61,705 nucleotides of DNA. It comes from Candidatus Sericytochromatia bacterium. GTDB lineage: Bacteria > Cyanobacteriota > Sericytochromatia > S15B-MN24 > JAQBPE01. The stretch covers positions 1 to 61,705 of the forward strand of contig JBBAPZ010000020.1 of assembly GCA_040400605.1 (NCBI GenBank). The letters run 5' to 3'. This document shows, one piece after another, positions 37,892-48,034 of the stretch. The first letter of the stretch is position 1. Each line of letters starts with the position of its first letter. The position numbers and the translations under genes were made by a program. The notes beneath the pieces are model-generated. The model was given only the letters and a program-made list of their open reading frames with translations. It did no database searches and was not told the DNA's origin.

Positions 37892-38628
37892 TATGCTGCA
37901 TCCTTCTGTGCGGGGACAACCATTGGGTAGAGGATATCATCGCCGTAGTTGCCGATATATTCCTGTACGCCCATGTGGCCCAGTGTGATTGTGGGGTCTA
38001 CCCACACTTCAAAACCAAGTTCCCGTGCACGGTCGCAGAAGAGGAAGTCCTCTCCGATGTAACCTTCGTCGGTGACGAGGAAGTCGAACATGGCATTCAG
38101 CATGCGGTCGGACCGCGTGTCGTAGTAGCTCCACTCTGGGTGGGCTTCTGACATCTGCTCAAACACTTCACGACGCACAAGCATAAAGGCTGTCGCTACG
38201 CGCTTTGCGCGGACTAGGCCCATCTGGTTCATGGTGAGTTGGTTGTTCTCGTCGTGGTCGAGAGTAGCGATGTATGTTTTGGTTTCGCTGCGCGTACGGG
38301 GCACCGCAGCTACAATACCCTTCTTAGGGTCTGTACCCCACGCCATGAGGCGGAATACGTCTTCTGGCTCGAAGTTAATGTCCGAGTCGATAAACATGAG
38401 GTAGTCGCACTTGGACTCAAGCAGGTCTTGCGCCAGCAGGTTGCGCGCACGAGAAACAACCGAACACCCGCATATGCTGCCGATGTGAAGTTCAATTCCA
38501 TGTGCCGCAGCCTGCTGGGCAAAGCGTGCGAGAGAAACAGCTAGCTTCAAGGAGACCTTGAAGTCGTACGCTGGGAGAGCGATGAAGACGCTCTTACCAG
38601 CTAAGTCGTAGCTTTGTTCCTGCTGCAT
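37891..38628 (-). CDS. Second GT-A glycosyltransferase-like protein
   Basis: SVVSRARN, YLMFIDSD, TAFMLVRR, GEDFLFC. Confidence 0.8.
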   Translation of the reverse strand: MQQEQSYDLAGKSVFIALPAYDFKVSLKLAVSLARFAQQAAAHGIELHIGSICGCSVVSRARNLLAQDLLESKCDYLMFIDSDINFEPEDVFRLMAWGTDPKKGIVAAVPRTRSETKTYIATLDHDENNQLTMNQMGLVRAKRVATAFMLVRREVFEQMSEAHPEWSYYDTRSDRMLNAMFDFLVTDEGYIGEDFLFCDRARELGFEVWVDPTITLGHMGVQEYIGNYGDDILYPMVVPAQKDAA

Positions 38629-38631
38629 ATA

Positions 38632-38940
38632 TCACCCGTAGAAAATAGTAATGGACGCTGTGTTGGTAAGCGTACCATATAGCCCGTTTTCTGCAAGAAC
38701 CCCTTGGTCCGGTACCGGGATATAAAAGTCCCCAGTGTCAGCAGAGGGCGAAGTCTCGAGCGTAAACAGCACGTTGCCGCCTTGGCCATCCGCCACGACC
38801 ACCGAACCTGCCGAAGCACCGTTCTTGACGTAGATGCCTTTGATACGCGTACGAAACGCGCAATTAGCATCGGTCTGAGTCTTAAACACGCCAGTAGCGG
38901 TCAGAGGTTTGGTTACCTTGACGTCAGTTTGCATTGCCAT
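38632..38940 (-). CDS. Small structural protein
   Basis: GGAG RBS, beta-rich, head cluster. Confidence 0.65.
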   Translation of the reverse strand: MAMQTDVKVTKPLTATGVFKTQTDANCAFRTRIKGIYVKNGASAGSVVVADGQGGNVLFTLETSPSADTGDFYIPVPDQGVLAENGLYGTLTNTASITIFYG

Positions 38941-38971
38941 CGGTATTCTCCTTCTTAGAGGTTGTTACCAA

Positions 38972-39325
38972 TTAGGCTGCGGTTGTGAGCGCGGTCCAAG
39001 TCGTAGCGCCATCGGAGTTGACGTACGCACGAGTCGAAGTGGACGAGCCGTCGCTACGCAGGTAGAGCGAACCCTTGGCGGCAGCGATAGTCGGAGCGCC
39101 TGAACCCATGTAGATGCCCATACCAGCAGCAGTGTTTGTGCCGATGAAAGCAGCAGCGCCGCCAGCCGTGAGAGCCGAACCGCTAAGAGCAGTAATTGTG
39201 CTGGTTGCAGTGATTGCTGCGCCGATGGTGCCGATAACAGTTACCGCGCCGGTTGTGCCGTTGATTGAGATTGTTTGGAAGCCGTTCTCTGAACGAATTG
39301 GACCTGAAAATGTACTGTTAGCCAT
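38972..39325 (-). CDS. Head decoration/fibre-like protein
   Basis: MANSTFSGPIRSENGF start, GSLYLRSDG; first gene after the capsid terminator. Confidence 0.65.
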   Translation of the reverse strand: MANSTFSGPIRSENGFQTISINGTTGAVTVIGTIGAAITATSTITALSGSALTAGGAAAFIGTNTAAGMGIYMGSGAPTIAAAKGSLYLRSDGSSTSTRAYVNSDGATTWTALTTAA

Positions 39326-39337
39326 AATATTTCTCCG

Positions 39338-39410
39338 TGTAGTAGCACTCGTCCGTACCGTCTCTACTAAGTCCGCTGGGCCGGTCGGTACGAATATTGT
39401 TCCCTAGTAG
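39338..39410 (-). ncRNA. Structured RNA, probable Mu-gpT-DE-like motif
   Basis: 9-bp stem UUCGUACCG/CGGUACGGA; internal UAGUAG can pair with flanking CUACUA; directly downstream of a Mu-gpT-like capsid gene. Confidence 0.5.
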
Positions 39411-39428
39411 CGTAGATATAGCACAAAC

Positions 39429-39462
39429 AAAAAAGAAGGGAAGAGATTTCTCTCCTCCCTTC
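39429..39462 (-). terminator. Intrinsic terminator after major capsid gene
   Basis: GAAGGGAGGAGA-GAAA-TCTCTTCCCTTC followed by T6. Confidence 0.85.
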
Positions 39463-39498
39463 CCCCCGTTCCCTTGAGCTACGCTCTCGGGGAAACTA

Positions 39499-40410
39499 TT
39501 AGGCTGCGCCTTCGCTGCCGTACATACCCAGAGGGTCTGACCAGCCGAACGAATAACGCTCACGAGCCTTGTAACGAACGTTACCAGTATCGAAGTCACC
39601 GTCCATGCCCGTCGCCATTGGCGTACGAACAAAGTGCTTCAGACCGTTTGGCACGTCGGTGGTCAAGAACCACGCATCAGTGTCGGTCAAGAAGTGGTTT
39701 ACGGCGTAACCTTCTGGGATAGAGCCGTTCGACTTCAGTGCGTTGATGTCGTTGTCAGACGTCTGAACGCGCAGCTCGGTTTCGAGCAAGCGAGTAGCAA
39801 CAAACATCAGGCTTGGTGGTACGATAAGCTTACGTGGCTTAGCTGCGATGAGCAGGCCGCGTTCATCCGTCCACGCTGCAATCTGAATTACAGCCGCTTC
39901 AAGCGACGTTTCGTTCAAATCAGCAGGAGTGCTTGGGATGTTCGAGTTCGTGCCACCAGAAACCAATGGGTGCGAAGCCGAGAACAATGGTTGACCGTCA
40001 CCGCCAGTGTAGTCGGTGTCGAAGCCGTTGTTCAAGACTGCAGCAGCCTTAGTTTGCTTGGTGTAGGACATGGCGCGAGCCAAGGCCTTCGTGTAACGCG
40101 ACGACAGCGAGTCGTACAAGTTATCTTCAATCGCTTCTTCAGTCAGCGAGAACCCGAGGGCAATCGTTTCGTGGTTGTAGCGAGCAGTGAAGACTTCTTG
40201 GCCGTTGTCGTATGCGATGGCCGAACCTTCGTTCTTGACTGGAGCAGCCGAGAAACCAGAAAGCTTCGTTTCTTCTTCGAACGAACGTTCAGAAGTTTCC
40301 GTTTCGTAGATTTCTTTGTGCTCTTCGCCGTAACGTGCATACTCGAGGCCGAACAAAGCGTTCAGTCCGGGCAACAGTTCCTTAAGAAGTTGTGCGCGTG
40401 AAATTGCCAT
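39499..40410 (-). CDS. Major capsid protein (Mu-like gpT family)
   Basis: MAISRAQLLKELLPGLNALFGLEY, DFDTGNVRYKARERYSFGWSD; 303 aa, after scaffold genes. Confidence 0.88.
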   Translation of the reverse strand: MAISRAQLLKELLPGLNALFGLEYARYGEEHKEIYETETSERSFEEETKLSGFSAAPVKNEGSAIAYDNGQEVFTARYNHETIALGFSLTEEAIEDNLYDSLSSRYTKALARAMSYTKQTKAAAVLNNGFDTDYTGGDGQPLFSASHPLVSGGTNSNIPSTPADLNETSLEAAVIQIAAWTDERGLLIAAKPRKLIVPPSLMFVATRLLETELRVQTSDNDINALKSNGSIPEGYAVNHFLTDTDAWFLTTDVPNGLKHFVRTPMATGMDGDFDTGNVRYKARERYSFGWSDPLGMYGSEGAA

Positions 40411-40422
40411 TAGTCAGTCTCC

Positions 40423-41040
40423 TTATGCCAGACCGGTTGGGTTGAGGTACTGGTGAGTGCCTTGGTTCCACTTGACGATAACTTCGGTGTAAGAACCGGG
40501 GTTACCTGCAATAGCGGTCTCAGGAACAACATCCACTACGCGGATAGGCCACGTCGAAGTAGTACCTTCGGTCGAGTCTACACCCACCTTGGAGTTACCG
40601 TTCGAGGTCGAACCTACGTTGTTCGCACCGTTAGCGAGCTTCACGTTCGAGCCGACAGCGGCTTGAGTGAGGTAGCTGATGGTGTTCGAGTTGGTACCAG
40701 CGCATACAGCGACCTTGAACAACGCATCAGGGTCTTCCTGAACGTATGCTACGACGTCTGTGATGTTCGTGGTGCCGGGGTAGTACTGACGGTATGTTGG
40801 TCCGAAGGTTGGGTCCGTGTAGGAGCAACCGAGGAAAACACCGACAGGTGTAGCAGCGTCTGTACCAGTGTCCTTGCCAACAGTACCGCCTGCGAGCAAC
40901 TTAACGACGTCACCAAAGAAGATGGCAGTCGAAGAGTTGGTTGCGATTGGAAGTTGACGAGTAGCACCAGCAAAAACCTGTCCGCCAATCAAGTTGATTG
41001 GGATTAGCCCGTAAGGGCTGGTAACAGAAGGGTATGCCAT
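40423..41040 (-). CDS. Capsid-associated (cement/minor head) protein
   Basis: PYGLIP, IFFGDVV, GVFLGCSYTDP, DPDALF. Confidence 0.65.
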   Translation of the reverse strand: MAYPSVTSPYGLIPINLIGGQVFAGATRQLPIATNSSTAIFFGDVVKLLAGGTVGKDTGTDAATPVGVFLGCSYTDPTFGPTYRQYYPGTTNITDVVAYVQEDPDALFKVAVCAGTNSNTISYLTQAAVGSNVKLANGANNVGSTSNGNSKVGVDSTEGTTSTWPIRVVDVVPETAIAGNPGSYTEVIVKWNQGTHQYLNPTGLA

Positions 41041-41056
41041 TTTATAGCTCCTTTAG

Positions 41057-41533
41057 CTATTTGCCTTTGCCAAATGACGTCGTAGACCGTTTTTCCCTAA
41101 AGAGTGGCATACGAGCGTCGTTTTCACGCATGAAGTTATTGTCCACTGACTCCATCTGAGACTGATTTTTGTTAGCGAAGTAAGCCTTACGCTGCGCCAT
41201 CAGTTCTTCTGGTGCCTTGCACAACAACAGTCCTGCGACTTCGATGTTGTTTTTGAAACGGCTATCTGGGTCCACTAACATCTGGAACTGAGGTTGTTCC
41301 TCAATTGCCACCGGCTCCCAACCTTCCCGTAGTTTGGACGAGACGTTGCTAGCATCGTTTTTACCCATCGACGATACACGTATCCAACGATATGCATATC
41401 CAGCTTGCTTGTCCGGTTCTGGCAGGGTCGAGGCCGGTTGCCATACTTTAGGACGTTCAGCTTCTGCACGAGTTTCACGAGGTGCACGGGCGGAGCCCGC
41501 TTTGCCTTCTAGGGCGCCAATAATATCAGTCAT
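41057..41533 (-). CDS. Head-assembly region protein
   Basis: YRWIR, KLREGWEPV, GLLLCK motifs. Confidence 0.65.
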   Translation of the reverse strand: MTDIIGALEGKAGSARAPRETRAEAERPKVWQPASTLPEPDKQAGYAYRWIRVSSMGKNDASNVSSKLREGWEPVAIEEQPQFQMLVDPDSRFKNNIEVAGLLLCKAPEELMAQRKAYFANKNQSQMESVDNNFMRENDARMPLFREKRSTTSFGKGK

Positions 41534-41534
41534 T

Positions 41535-42479
41535 TTATTTCTCCATCTTCATAAGTTCACGGGCATACTGCTCAGGGGTTAAACCCAATTTACGAGCAAT
41601 CACCAGTTGGGACTGTTTCAACACAATCTTTTTGGGGGACCGTGTACGTGAGGCTGGAGCAACGACCGGTGACGCCTTTTGTTCGCGTGCAGCGGGTTTA
41701 GTGTCGCCATTATCCATTTCATCTCCGAAGTAATCGGAGAAGCGACGGCGCATAGTTTTGTCTACAACGCCCCAATATTCGTCGGTACCTGCAAACTGCG
41801 GGCCACGTTCATTTATGAGCCTCTGGTGAAGCCCAAGAGCCGCTGCGGTCATTTCCGGGTCTGTACCATACCACGTATTGCGCTCTTGCCACGCCATAGT
41901 TTTCTGGTCAGGTTGCGGAACTTGCAACTGCTGTTGGGGTATTTCTACCTCGTTATTTTCTTCCTGTAAAGTAGGACGATAATTATTTATTTGCTGCATG
42001 CGGTAATTGACTTCCGCAAGCTTCTCTTGAGCGTCTGCTAGACGGTCTGCATCGCCTGACTCGTAAGCTTCTTTAAACTCACGTTTGGCTGCTGCGGCTT
42101 CCATCTCCGTAGTTTGCTTATAGCTACCAAGCAAAGACTGTTCGCCCTGTGCTATCGTGCTTTTTAGCCTACGGTTTTCTTCAAGAATACGTTGTGCAAC
42201 GGAAAGAGCTTCTGTCTTTTCGCGCATCTCGCGTTCTTTTTCACGACGCTCGTCGTGCCAGACCTTCTTCATCTGTTTCAGACGGGTCTTAACTTTATCC
42301 GAGTACTCTTCGAGTTCGTCGGCTTCTAGTTCTTCAACAAGTTCCTTCGGCATTGGCTCACGGCCACGGTCTGCCTCGGGGGTATCGTCTTCAATTTCAA
42401 TTTCCGGCTTGTCAGCCTCAGAAACGGGGGTTTCGTCTTCGATTTCAAACGAAAAATCGTCGTTATCATCCATACTCAT
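41535..42479 (-). CDS. Scaffolding protein (putative)
   Basis: Acidic N-terminus, coiled coil, C-terminal ARKLGLTPEQYA. Confidence 0.7.
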   Translation of the reverse strand: MSMDDNDDFSFEIEDETPVSEADKPEIEIEDDTPEADRGREPMPKELVEELEADELEEYSDKVKTRLKQMKKVWHDERREKEREMREKTEALSVAQRILEENRRLKSTIAQGEQSLLGSYKQTTEMEAAAAKREFKEAYESGDADRLADAQEKLAEVNYRMQQINNYRPTLQEENNEVEIPQQQLQVPQPDQKTMAWQERNTWYGTDPEMTAAALGLHQRLINERGPQFAGTDEYWGVVDKTMRRRFSDYFGDEMDNGDTKPAAREQKASPVVAPASRTRSPKKIVLKQSQLVIARKLGLTPEQYARELMKMEK

Positions 42480-42508
42480 ATTATTCTCCTTTGTACGGGT
42501 TACGCCCG

Positions 42509-42943
42509 TTAAGCGCGGGAAATGCCCCGAGGGTCTTCAACAACACCTTCTACACTGTCGTCGTTGATTAGGCGGAACTCACGACCGTGGATTTTCACAC
42601 GGCTACCTGCCATTGGGCGGGTCAGAATGAAGTCACCTTCTTGGCACCATGGGCCAGACGGGAAGCGTTTCTCGTCCTTGTAGCAATCTGGACCCAGCTT
42701 CAGCACCATAAGCACTGGGGTAGTGAGTTCTTCATACTGCTTGGTAGAGTCGGCCTTGAAGATACCGCCAGCGGTCTTTTCTTCGACCTCTGGAAGCGCA
42801 CACAGGATGCGGTAGCCAGATGGGTCAGGAAGCTGCTTTGCGCGGTCTTCAACCGGAACTTCAGGTTCTTTATCCTTTGCCACAATGGGTTTGCCATTAA
42901 GGCCCACTAACGAGGGGGTGGTGACCCCAACAATATCAGTCAT
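42509..42943 (-). CDS. groES: GroES-like co-chaperonin
   Basis: PSGYRIL, EEKTAGGI, LGPD, GDFIL, RLINDDSV. Confidence 0.85.
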   Translation of the reverse strand: MTDIVGVTTPSLVGLNGKPIVAKDKEPEVPVEDRAKQLPDPSGYRILCALPEVEEKTAGGIFKADSTKQYEELTTPVLMVLKLGPDCYKDEKRFPSGPWCQEGDFILTRPMAGSRVKIHGREFRLINDDSVEGVVEDPRGISRA

Positions 42944-43130
42944 CGTCTTGTTCCATCCTTTGTGCGGCTTCGGCAACGAAACCGTTTGCAATCATAAGCC
43001 CACGGATAATCCCGCAGGCATATTTATATTCCCCATGGTCCTTTGCAGTGCCACGGGCGAGGTCGCCGCTAAGTACGTCAATCTCGTCTTGCATCTTTTT
43101 TGACAGGTACGTCAGTAACTCATGTGTCAT
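42936..43130 (-). CDS. Small helical protein after portal
   Basis: EYKYACGIIRGL; overlapping start/stop junctions. Confidence 0.65.
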   Translation of the reverse strand: MTHELLTYLSKKMQDEIDVLSGDLARGTAKDHGEYKYACGIIRGLMIANGFVAEAAQRMEQDDD

Positions 43131-45610
43131 TCATTCTCCTTGGGCGTTGCTTGGTTAGGAACGGGTTGTTCACTTTGCATGGCTTCGCGGGCAATCTCGA
43201 TACCCATACGAAGTCCTTCTGCTTCCTGCTTAGCTTCCATTTGACTTTTGGAAGTGGCAAGTTTTGCGCCGACGTTTAGGCCAGCTATCTCTTCTTGTGA
43301 CTCGATACGCCGGTTTTCGAGTTCGAGGCGGTCGTTCTTCTCAGCTGCATCAATCTGCAGTTTTTGCTTCTTGAGTTCGAGTTCACCCTGCTTAATCTGA
43401 AGCTCTTGCATCTGCATTTGGACGATTGGGTCTTGCTGCATCTGTTGGTTCCGCTGTTGCTGAGCTTCGGCTTGGTTCTTCTGGAGCAGTTGTTGTCCTG
43501 CTGCAGCTGCCAGACGGGAAACTGCCAACTCTGTAGTTTCATCCATCTCAGCATTGGGTGGTGGTAGCGGTACACCGGCCTGCTCTTCGATTTGTTTACG
43601 GTAAGCAAACGCAAGGTGTTCCGCGATGTGCGCCTGCATAGCAGCCTGCATCGACTGTGCATTGGGGTTCTGACCCATGAGCTGCGCAACTTTGGGGTCT
43701 TGCATAGCAGCCATATGGACTGCGATGTGCGCCTCGTGGTCTTGGTAGAGGAACGCCTTGACGGGCTTGCCGTTGATGACGTCCATATTCTCAGACACAG
43801 GGTCACGCGGCTTCATGTCGTCACCGTCTTTGAGTGGGACGAGCTTGTTAGCATTCTTGATACCCAACACCTCAAGCATCTGGCGGTGCAGGTACGGTAA
43901 GTCATAAATATGCGGCGCGCCTTGGGCCAACTGAATGACAGCCTGATACTGCACAATCTTCTGCGCCATGGTAGCGGCGTTGGGGTCAGATACAGGGATA
44001 ACATCGACGTTGTCGTAGTCAGACTTCTTAGCCCGACGACCGCCTTCTTCTGGCTCGAAGCTGTACGTATCTGGCGTGTAGTCGCGGATGATGCCCTTAA
44101 GAAGCTGGAACTCGCGCTTCATCGCATAGTGGACACGTGCCTGTACGGCACTCATCATCTTCAACGTACGCTCAAGAATAGCCAGCGTGGTGCCCACAGG
44201 AGCCTGTGCAGACATGTCAGACACCTTCATGTCCGCCATACCCGCGAAGCGACGACCTTCGTCTACGATGGTCCCGAGGAGGTGGTAGAGTACTTGGCTT
44301 GGCTCTTTATACGGCAGCGGCATGATATTGTCGCGCATCGTACCCGACGCTACGTCCACGTCGCGCCACTCGGCTGGGCTTATTGGGGTGTCGTCACCCT
44401 TGACACGCAGGCCTTTAGTTTTGAAGCCACCCGGTAGGTTAGAAAGAGTACCAGCATCAACAAGCTGACGAATAAGACTGGTGCCAGACTTAGCAAAAGC
44501 ACCAATAAGGTGAATAAGGCCAAAAGCGTAGAAGCCAAAGCCCGGAACATACGAGTAGTGTACGAAGTGATTGCGCTTAAGCTTTTTCTTATCATCTGGG
44601 TTCCAGTTACGACGAATGGATAGGACCGTTTCGGTCTCTTTATCTATGGTAACGACGTATGGCAGCGCGATTTCAAGGTCATTTTCTTCCTTGTCGCGGT
44701 ATTTATCGTCCTCAATGACGATATCTACGTGCATCTCCAACAGCTTGTACCGGTCATCGGTCTCTGCACGGAAGCCAAGCTGCTCCGCAATCTTCTGCTC
44801 TACCTCATCCATCGAGTTGACAGGCTCTGGTAGGTCTACATCACGGTAAAACCCATTAGCTTGGAGCTTGCGAAGCTCGTTCGGGGTCTTCCGCATCACA
44901 TGGGTGACGCGTTCAGCGACTTCCAAGCTGGACGCGCCATAAGGCACAACTACGTCTTCCGCAGTTACATACATAGAGACCTGACGACCGAGTGATGGGT
45001 CGAAGTACACTTTCTTGAACGAGTTACCTGCAAGGCCCAACCCCCACAGCATACGCTCATGTTCAGGGCGATACTCGACCATCACGTCGGTCAACTGGTA
45101 ATTCATGTCTTCTTGGACGCGTGCAGCGGCGTCCTTCTTCTCTGTAGTCTCTTTACCGATAATCTGCGTACGCACCGGCCCTTGGGCTGGGAACGTCTCA
45201 CTCATAGTCTCGGCTTGGAACTTGACGACAGCCTCAGCCAGCAGTGGGTGATGCACACCACACGCGCCGGGCCAAGGCTCCGTGCGGTCCTCGACCTTCA
45301 TACCCAGCAGCTCAAGGCCGTCTACGTATGTCTGTATCCAGTCCTTACGACTGGCAATATCCTCATCAAACTCGCCAAGCAGGTCGCCTGCAAGCTGTGT
45401 AAGTACGTCCTCGTCCAAATCTTCGGCTAGGTTATCGTTAAAGTCGCCCTCGTCCTCGCTCGGGTCAATCTCAATCTCCATCCCGCCAATGTCAATCTCG
45501 ACACTCTCAGGGTCTTCAATCTCAATCTCGATGTCAGGACCAGTGTCCATCTCCGACATCATCGGAGACATGCCTAGCGGGGCTTGGTTGAGCGACTTGT
45601 CGATGTCCAT
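43127..45610 (-). CDS. Portal protein (P22-like, long C-terminal coiled coil)
   Basis: 827 aa after terminase; HPLLAEAVVKFQA, GFYAFGL, LVDAGTLSNLPGG. Confidence 0.85.
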   Translation of the reverse strand: MDIDKSLNQAPLGMSPMMSEMDTGPDIEIEIEDPESVEIDIGGMEIEIDPSEDEGDFNDNLAEDLDEDVLTQLAGDLLGEFDEDIASRKDWIQTYVDGLELLGMKVEDRTEPWPGACGVHHPLLAEAVVKFQAETMSETFPAQGPVRTQIIGKETTEKKDAAARVQEDMNYQLTDVMVEYRPEHERMLWGLGLAGNSFKKVYFDPSLGRQVSMYVTAEDVVVPYGASSLEVAERVTHVMRKTPNELRKLQANGFYRDVDLPEPVNSMDEVEQKIAEQLGFRAETDDRYKLLEMHVDIVIEDDKYRDKEENDLEIALPYVVTIDKETETVLSIRRNWNPDDKKKLKRNHFVHYSYVPGFGFYAFGLIHLIGAFAKSGTSLIRQLVDAGTLSNLPGGFKTKGLRVKGDDTPISPAEWRDVDVASGTMRDNIMPLPYKEPSQVLYHLLGTIVDEGRRFAGMADMKVSDMSAQAPVGTTLAILERTLKMMSAVQARVHYAMKREFQLLKGIIRDYTPDTYSFEPEEGGRRAKKSDYDNVDVIPVSDPNAATMAQKIVQYQAVIQLAQGAPHIYDLPYLHRQMLEVLGIKNANKLVPLKDGDDMKPRDPVSENMDVINGKPVKAFLYQDHEAHIAVHMAAMQDPKVAQLMGQNPNAQSMQAAMQAHIAEHLAFAYRKQIEEQAGVPLPPPNAEMDETTELAVSRLAAAAGQQLLQKNQAEAQQQRNQQMQQDPIVQMQMQELQIKQGELELKKQKLQIDAAEKNDRLELENRRIESQEEIAGLNVGAKLATSKSQMEAKQEAEGLRMGIEIAREAMQSEQPVPNQATPKENE

Positions 45611-45895
45611 TTACTTGGCTTTCTTCTTGGTCGCAGCTTTGACTACGGTTTTAGCTATTGACACCACCGGGGATACCACTGCGACTGCTTCGGCTACGCT
45701 AGTTGCAGCTTCCGCTACGTCCTCGATAACATCGAACACGTTCTTTTTCTTGGGTTTCGACGCATTAGTCGATGTGATAGCGTCCATATATGGCACGCCT
45801 GCAGCGCGAGCTTCATTGAACGCCGTACGCTGGTCATCAGACCATTTTGACCATTGTGTCTTGCCGATAGGAAAAAGTGCTTTAACGTCTGCCAT
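45611..45895 (-). CDS. Hypothetical protein between terminase and portal
   Basis: ORF exactly fills the gap. Confidence 0.6.
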   Translation of the reverse strand: MADVKALFPIGKTQWSKWSDDQRTAFNEARAAGVPYMDAITSTNASKPKKKNVFDVIEDVAEAATSVAEAVAVVSPVVSIAKTVVKAATKKKAK

Positions 45896-47424
45896 TAGTA
45901 ATACCCCTGATTGCGGTTTGACCTAAAGTACACGATATCTTCGGGCTCGTCTAGGTTAGTAGTCACGTAGCCCCCGCGCCTGAACCTGTGCAGTGCCATA
46001 GACACCGTATCGACGTAGTCATCGTTAGAACCAGCGGGAAATTCTGCCACTTCGTCAATCACTTCTTCCGCCCAACGCGTGCCCGGTGCCCACACACGAC
46101 CGGAGGCAAATATGTCTGCAACGCCGTTGAGACGGGAAATCTTGTCGTTACCCCGTGTCGGGGTGAACTCTTGCACCGGTATGCCCATGGCCCGCATCTC
46201 ATAGATGAGCGGGGCACCTGATGCCTTTTTCTCGATTATGACGCCGTCTGGTTGCCATTCCTTATACTCTTCGACAGCCACACGCTTCAGCTCTGGAAAC
46301 TCCATGCGGTCCCTGAAGGCGTTGAGGAGGATAATATTTGCCTGCGTTATGCCGTTGTCGTCGGGGGAATAAAACACACCCCATGTAGTGCACGCACTAT
46401 AGTCAGCACGGCTCGTCTTCTCGAACGCCGTATCCCATACCTGCAGCACAAAGTCGCAGTTTGGTGGGTCGTCACTCTCCCACTCCTGCCACCACTCACG
46501 CTTCACGATAGCCGCAGACTCGGACACCGGGTTCTGCTGATACTGCGCCATCCACTTACTGTTAGGGACGTCGCGCTTAACTTTCTCGAGCTCGCTTAAC
46601 TCCCAGAACTCGGGCCACAGCGGGTTGCCGCTGGGCAAAATGGCTGGAAATTCAATGACTTCCCACTCATTGAGGCTGTCGTTAGCAGCTGCGTCTTTTA
46701 ATATCTGCCCGGTCAGGTCGCGCTTCGACCAGCGCGTCATCACAACAATAATGGCACCGCCCGGCTGGAGACGCTGACGTGGACCAGAGGTGTACCACTC
46801 ATACGCCTTGTCGTAGATATCTGGGTTGACTTCTGCTAATGCAGCTTCTTGCTCTGAGTGCGGGTCATCGATGATGAGCACGTCAGCACCTTTACCAGTA
46901 ACCGCACCGCCCACACCGATAGCGAAATAATCACCCCCTTTCGATGTATTCCACCGACCAGCAGCCTTAGAGTCTGCAGCCAGTTTTAAGTCTGGAAATG
47001 TCTCATGGTATACTTCTGTGTCAACGAGGTTACGAACCTTACGTCCAAATCCGACAGCGAGCTCGCCCGTGTGCGAGCACTGGATAATTTTCTTATGGGG
47101 GTTGAGCCCGAGAAACCACGCGGGGAGGAGGTAGGAGGCAAATTCTGACTTGGTGTGACGAGGCGGCATATTAATGATGAGCCGCTTGCACTCTCCCCTT
47201 GCCACACGTTCAAACGCGTCTGCCATTTTCGCATGGTGCCTACCCCCTATGAATGTCGGCCAAACCTGTTCTACGAACTTCAGGAACCGCTTGCGCGCCA
47301 ACTCCTGCGTCTTGAGCTTCTCGAGCTTCTCCAACTCAGCCAGCAGCTGTTCTTGCTCTGCGGGTGAGAGTTTTGGGAGTATCTTGGGTATGTCTTTGAG
47401 CGTGATGTTCACTATTTTGCCCAA
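45895..47424 (-). CDS. terL: Terminase large subunit
   Basis: INMPPRHTKS (Walker A variant), IIDDPH (Walker B), MTRW, YQQNP, WDTA, DDYVD nuclease motifs. Confidence 0.93.
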   Translation of the reverse strand: MGKIVNITLKDIPKILPKLSPAEQEQLLAELEKLEKLKTQELARKRFLKFVEQVWPTFIGGRHHAKMADAFERVARGECKRLIINMPPRHTKSEFASYLLPAWFLGLNPHKKIIQCSHTGELAVGFGRKVRNLVDTEVYHETFPDLKLAADSKAAGRWNTSKGGDYFAIGVGGAVTGKGADVLIIDDPHSEQEAALAEVNPDIYDKAYEWYTSGPRQRLQPGGAIIVVMTRWSKRDLTGQILKDAAANDSLNEWEVIEFPAILPSGNPLWPEFWELSELEKVKRDVPNSKWMAQYQQNPVSESAAIVKREWWQEWESDDPPNCDFVLQVWDTAFEKTSRADYSACTTWGVFYSPDDNGITQANIILLNAFRDRMEFPELKRVAVEEYKEWQPDGVIIEKKASGAPLIYEMRAMGIPVQEFTPTRGNDKISRLNGVADIFASGRVWAPGTRWAEEVIDEVAEFPAGSNDDYVDTVSMALHRFRRGGYVTTNLDEPEDIVYFRSNRNQGYY

Positions 47425-47777
47425 AATGCCCAGCGGTGACGCTCATTACCCGGGATTAGCTGCTTCTCAGTCTCTGTGGTATTTTCAGAGTCATGCTCCC
47501 AGTCTTCGTACTTCTTATCGCAGTAGGAGTTCTGGTTCTCGTACAGCTTCTTAAGCTCGTCGGTATATCCGGGGATATAGACAAGTTCTTCCTTGGTGGG
47601 CTTAACGTAAGTACGCAGCCACATACCGAACGTAAAACGCTTCGTACGCCTACTCCAGCGAGCCTCAACGCGCAGACGACCAAATAGCATCTGGCAACCG
47701 ACCGAACCCCCGTCATTGCGGGGGTAGAAGTTAAACCCTTGGCGGATTTCCTCCGCCTCATAGCGCCAGTAGAACAT
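47412..47777 (-). CDS. Hypothetical protein
   Basis: ORF coupled to both neighbours. Confidence 0.5.
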   Translation of the reverse strand: MFYWRYEAEEIRQGFNFYPRNDGGSVGCQMLFGRLRVEARWSRRTKRFTFGMWLRTYVKPTKEELVYIPGYTDELKKLYENQNSYCDKKYEDWEHDSENTTETEKQLIPGNERHRWAFWAK

Positions 47778-48034
47778 TACGCACCAACCCAAGGCATCAT
47801 ATGGAACCGCGCAGCGGCGCTCCCGAAGACATAAGTACAGGCATATAGTCCAGACTCTTTGCCGCCACCAAAGGTTTCCAACCCAGCGTCACCGAATGTA
47901 GCTACGACAACGGTGTCGATGCCGCCGTAATCCCCGTTCTCGATGTTATCTGCGATGTTCCGCAGCATCTTCACCGGGTCTTTATAGTCAGGCGGGGCAA
48001 TCTCGCCCACCACCTTCAAATCAGGCTTCTCCAT
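47777..48034 (-). CDS. Hypothetical protein
   Basis: GGAGG RBS; LRNIADNIENG motif. Confidence 0.6.
   Translation of the reverse strand: MEKPDLKVVGEIAPPDYKDPVKMLRNIADNIENGDYGGIDTVVVATFGDAGLETFGGGKESGLYACTYVFGSAAARFHMMPWVGA

Noticed and set aside
11732..47687. Numerous + strand ORFs in the late arm (e.g. 11732..12499, 27932..28861, 39634..40401)
   Set aside because: Antisense shadows of well-supported - strand genes; no motifs or RBSs
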